Below, one piece after another: positions 60,035 to 64,000 of a DNA stretch of 64,000 nucleotides. This DNA is from Ylistrum balloti. Lineage: Eukaryota. The stretch spans positions 186,001-250,000 of the forward strand of contig NW_026781865.1 in assembly GCF_031769215.1 (NCBI RefSeq), given 5' to 3'. Each line of letters begins with the position of its first letter. Position 1 is the stretch's first letter. Both the position numbers and the translations under genes were made by a program. The notes under the pieces are model-generated. The model saw only the letters and a list, made by a program, of their open reading frames with translations. It did no database searches and was not told where the DNA came from.

Positions 60035-61273
60035 CTACGTAAATTTGATATATAACGATATATAAGAGCAGACACCTACTACAATGATAACTTCAGTTGA
60101 CCAGAATAGAGATCTATCAAGGAATCTAGTGACATCGCTTTTCAGTATTTGTTTCCTCTCCGTAAGGTTTACCTCAGCATCGGATTCGGAATTGGCTGAT
60201 ATTTCTTTATGCTTTCCAACCATTTTCCTAGCATCTCCTTTCCTTTCGCAGATATGCCGCTGAACAATATGTATTAACCATACAGGGAAATGGTCGATAT
60301 CTAGGTCTACATCACATATTAGAGACAGTATTGTCAGTAAGATAAGTAAACAACTGAAACACATTGTCCCAAGCAGAAAATAAGACGCACCAGCAATAGG
60401 ATCAGATACTTTAGGCATTACTTCCCCTATGCTTGACATATAAACTGCCATCGACAGAAACATGGTGACCGAAAACGAGATTCTTTCGCCAGAGGCGACT
60501 GGAAGAAGAAAAACAAATGGGTTAAGAAAGCATAATAGTAGAATGGGAATACACGTAGACAGAATAAAATATTGCGGTTTTCTCCTTAGATACAACGTGA
60601 ATTCAATCATAGATACAGCTTCGGACAATTTATAATTATAACTAACTGAAGTGCTATATATATCCCACGCACCGTTTGAAGCCAAAAAATCCATATAGAT
60701 TTTAGACCCGGTGAGGTTTAGTTTAACTTCTTGAATCGTGTACATCCACGGGACAATTATTATTCTACACACATGGGAATCAGTTGGAAAATAGGTCATG
60801 TCAATATCACAACTAGATTTTATCAGTTTTCCAGGATTAAAATTCACAGTTCCAGTATTCCACATCCTTATATCAAAACGATCGTCACCGAACTCCCTCA
60901 AGTCATCAGCGGACGAAATCACAAAAATTCTCGGTGTCCATACAAGTGATGAGTTCGAGACGTAATTTGTGATTCCATCATATAAACTCGTGTTCCATGC
61001 TAGTCTGTAATCTGTCCAGGTAATACCTAGAAAAGTGCTCAGTTGTATTGTTCCAGATATTTCGTCTAAATCTAGAAGAGCCATTACGAACAAAGACGTT
61101 TCGACATGAACAGTATCACCGATGTTACTGACCGGACGTAAATGTTTGCTGTAGTTTCGAAACAAATTTTCTTCCAACCGCCTGACATCTTCCATGCTTC
61201 CGGTTGCTTTGACAGACGTATACTCCAAACAACAAGTAAAAAATAGCAATAATATCATGCTTGCCATAGCCAT
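60035..61273 (-). CDS. Cys-loop ligand-gated ion channel subunit, nAChR-like non-alpha, intronless CDS, 412 aa
   Basis: Signal peptide; RL..NLFRNYSKHLRPV; WTDYRLAWN; WTPRI; Cys-loop CDIDMTYFPTDSHVC; LRRKPQYF-M1; GERISF-M2; M3; short loop; LDR-M4. No vicinal Cys in loop C. Confidence 0.95.
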   Translation of the reverse strand: MAMASMILLLFFTCCLEYTSVKATGSMEDVRRLEENLFRNYSKHLRPVSNIGDTVHVETSLFVMALLDLDEISGTIQLSTFLGITWTDYRLAWNTSLYDGITNYVSNSSLVWTPRIFVISSADDLREFGDDRFDIRMWNTGTVNFNPGKLIKSSCDIDMTYFPTDSHVCRIIIVPWMYTIQEVKLNLTGSKIYMDFLASNGAWDIYSTSVSYNYKLSEAVSMIEFTLYLRRKPQYFILSTCIPILLLCFLNPFVFLLPVASGERISFSVTMFLSMAVYMSSIGEVMPKVSDPIAGASYFLLGTMCFSCLLILLTILSLICDVDLDIDHFPVWLIHIVQRHICERKGDARKMVGKHKEISANSESDAEVNLTERKQILKSDVTRFLDRSLFWSTEVIIVVGVCSYISLYIKFT

Positions 61274-61625
61274 TCGTTTGTAATGTCTCTGTTTTCGTAC
61301 TCAGTCAAAACTCTTGAATCGGATATCTGAAAGTACATGCGAAAAAAAATTATTGTAATAAGCATTCATTAAAATCATGAAATATTTAAATTTATCCTAT
61401 GTTTATTTTTATGTATAGACTGGTATTGATAGAAATAACCTTTTAACAATCAATCGGATGTCCATGTTTTTTATTCTACCAATATTGTCTTATTGACTAC
61501 ATGCACTTACATAGAAATACCAATTCCAGGAAAACCTATCAATAAAATGATCAATACTATAATGTAGATGCTATAGTATCAAGTCTGCATGTTTTAGTAA
61601 TGTAATATTCTTTTAGAAATTTCAC

Positions 61626-61683
61626 CTTCGCCGGCTAGTTTCCAGTAGAGTCTGTGTCTGTGAAATCGTGGTTCGAAAATGTC
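61626..61683 (-). other. Candidate non-coding 5'UTR exon of the nAChR-like gene
   Basis: On the minus strand: acceptor cttacag| at 61684, donor G|gtgaaa at 61625, coding-exon acceptor tactttcag| at 61327, upstream donor G|gtaaac at 62589. Confidence 0.55.
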
Positions 61684-63065
61684 CTGTAAGTTAAAAATAC
61701 TGACACTAGAGTATTGGACATCATTTAACAATCACGTACTTAATGTGTACTAGTTATATTTGAATATAAGGTGTATTTATCTATTTCCTATTTTACATAA
61801 TTCAGAAATAAACAATCCGCATAATAACACTTAACTTAAAACAAAAGCACCATTGATAAAAGTCTCTTTCATTGGTATGTAACTTTCAATACTAGATCGA
61901 TCGACTGTGTCAATATATTAGACCTACGAGTTTTTATTTTATTTGTATTTCATTAACAATTAGTACTTATCACTTGTGAAAATCCAGACAGAGATGATGT
62001 TTCTGTTATAACAATAGGTATCATTGACACGCACCAACCTATACCATTGTACTGACCATCATGATGCGTATAGATCCATCAAAGTTCCCTGGTAACTGGT
62101 CGTTTACACAAGCAAATAAAGCCTTTGTGCAAACACATACTATAGTGATTTTTGACAGGTATTCGATATTCGGAATGCCAAATAATAGAATTGCTTTACA
62201 CTGGTCGAACAAACTGTGATGTTACACTAGTTATAATATTGAAGGTATCAACTGTGGCCATATTCTTTTAGGTGAAATATAGCGTATCATTGTTGCAAAT
62301 TATCTATAGCATCTCCTCCGTTAAATATGGGGTAATCACAGATTTAATCATTTGAACTGAAAAAGCATATTTATTTCATTTATTTGTGCGAGATTTCGTC
62401 AGCTAACAGAAACATAACACAGGATCTCAAGACATGCAGATCGAGGAACAGTATGGGGTAGCTTTGCGATTGTTACAAATTGGAACGTGTCTAATGCTCC
62501 TCCGTATAACTGTTGATTTCATAACAGTTTACAGCGTCCCCTTTTGGGAACGTGACATTACTCACATTGATTAAGCAGAAGACGTTTACCTTTCCTGAAC
62601 ACGTGGTCTAATTCACCATGTTTTTTTTCAGGGTTATCCGTGTAAATATTTCTTTGATCATATGTTGCCCTAATTTAATCAATTTTGAGCTTTGGTTTTT
62701 AACCTTCTGGTAAGTGGTGTGGAACCATATTTTGGTGTGGGTGGGGGATATTTAGACTGGCGGATTCAATCATGCTGAAAACAAAACCAAAATAAACACA
62801 GAAACAAAAGTTTTAACAGTAATTTCCAAAGATGCTGCAGATAAGACATAACAAGTTGCTGTGTTTTACTTAAGTTTTGAGGTACTCTGAATTACGTGAT
62901 TGCAGTTACAAAAACGAAGACAATGCTATAGAATATTTTATATTCATTCTTTATTACACCAAACGAGGTGTTAAGACATCACTTATAATACTGAGAGATG
63001 CAATCTAGGCAATAGAGATGACACAAAAGATACACAAAATATCAAACAAATAACCTCTCTGAAAC

Positions 63066-63375
63066 ATAGATTATTACAAGCGAGTAACTTATTTCAAATA
63101 TAGATTATTACAAACAAGTAAATTCTCCCAAATGTAGATTATTACACCAAGTAAATTCTCCCAAATATAGATTATTACAAACAAGTAAAATCTCCTAAAT
63201 ATAGATTATTACAAACAAGTCAATTCTCCCAAATTTAGATTATTACAAACAAGTCAATTCTCCCAAATGTAGATTATTACAACCAAGTAAATTCTCCCAA
63301 ATATAGATTATTACAAACAAGTAAAATCTCCTAAATATAGATTATTACAAACAAGTAAATTCTCCCAAATGTAGA
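63066..63375. repeat. 34-bp minisatellite, ~9 copies (ATAGATTATTACAAACAAGTAAATTCTCCCAAAT)
   Basis: Directly visible. Confidence 0.95.
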
Positions 63376-63914
63376 TTACAGCAAATGCGCAGCTTATCCC
63401 AAATCAAGATTACTACAAAGGGCCATAAGATATATTAAAACAAAAGTTAAAGTTACAGTTAGGTAGAATGTATAGTCCTAAATAAGGAAGTACATCTTCA
63501 TATAAATTGTTTCCACCAAGTATCAATTTATATCCAACATATAATGTTAGATTTAGGTAATCAATATGATGTACAAAAAATTTTATCCAGAATCTTAGGT
63601 TTTGGAGGGAAAACATACTATCTTCCTTAAACAGCTGTTATCTGCTTATTATTCCTCAATATTTTAATCCCTGGCAAACGAATTTTGCTAAAACACGTGT
63701 TTCAGGTTATTGCTTCAAAGTGAATAACAAACAAACCCGTTGTATTGTATTGCTGACAATGGATCATCCTATTGTATTCGCTTGAATGAATTAACAAATC
63801 TCTCTGAGATTCTCCTGACTACATGCGAGCTAGATCGGATTTAATTCATTTATGATTAATATGGAATCGCCAATCAAACCGTTTGGAGGGTTGCAAAATA
63901 GTGGATTATTAAGC

Positions 63915-64000
63915 AGCAAAACTTACTTGTGTCGAACACGCTTGAATCGAATGTTTTGTTCGGTCCCGAACACTGTTGAGTCGAACAATGCATTCACGCG
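63915..64000. mobile_element. Possible start of a Tc1/pogo-type MITE at the window edge
   Basis: cagcaaaact..tgtcgaacacgcttgaatcgaa..ttcggtcccg resembles CAGT-type MITE termini; truncated by the window. Confidence 0.3.

Noticed and set aside
59778-61339. 13-14-bp inverted repeat (catgtact[t]ttcag) flanking the nAChR CDS
   Set aside because: It is short and acceptor-like, one copy is the gene's own splice acceptor, and there is no TSD or further similarity; likely chance.

Overview
This is AT-rich eukaryotic DNA with spliceosomal GT-AG introns, most likely from a mollusc (bivalve-like, judged from its SINE, Penelope and LINE remnants and an intronless nAChR). I found no rRNA, tRNA gene or CRISPR array. 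Three host genes can be reconstructed by hand. (1) A ~36 kb plus-strand gene of about 20 coding exons (1722-38026, ~2045 aa) encodes a KIAA1549/UPF0606-family type I membrane protein: signal peptide, a 3.6 kb Ser/Thr/Met-rich mucin exon, a SEA-like juxtamembrane module, one TM helix and a long cytoplasmic tail built partly from symmetric micro-exons. (2) A plus-strand secreted protein of ~164 aa has three ShKT domains (44633-46930). (3) A minus-strand Cys-loop (nAChR-like, non-alpha) channel subunit has an intronless CDS (60035-61273). Between genes 2 and 3 is an ~8 kb transposon nest: two CR1/L2 LINE fragments, a telomere-like tract, a decayed ORF, and an ISL2EU/Harbinger-type DNA transposon interrupted by a solo LTR. 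There are several satellite and minisatellite arrays (23, 28, 34, 42, 56 and ~76-78 bp units). All gene models and family calls come from manual splice-site and phase checks and remembered family motifs; no database search was run.
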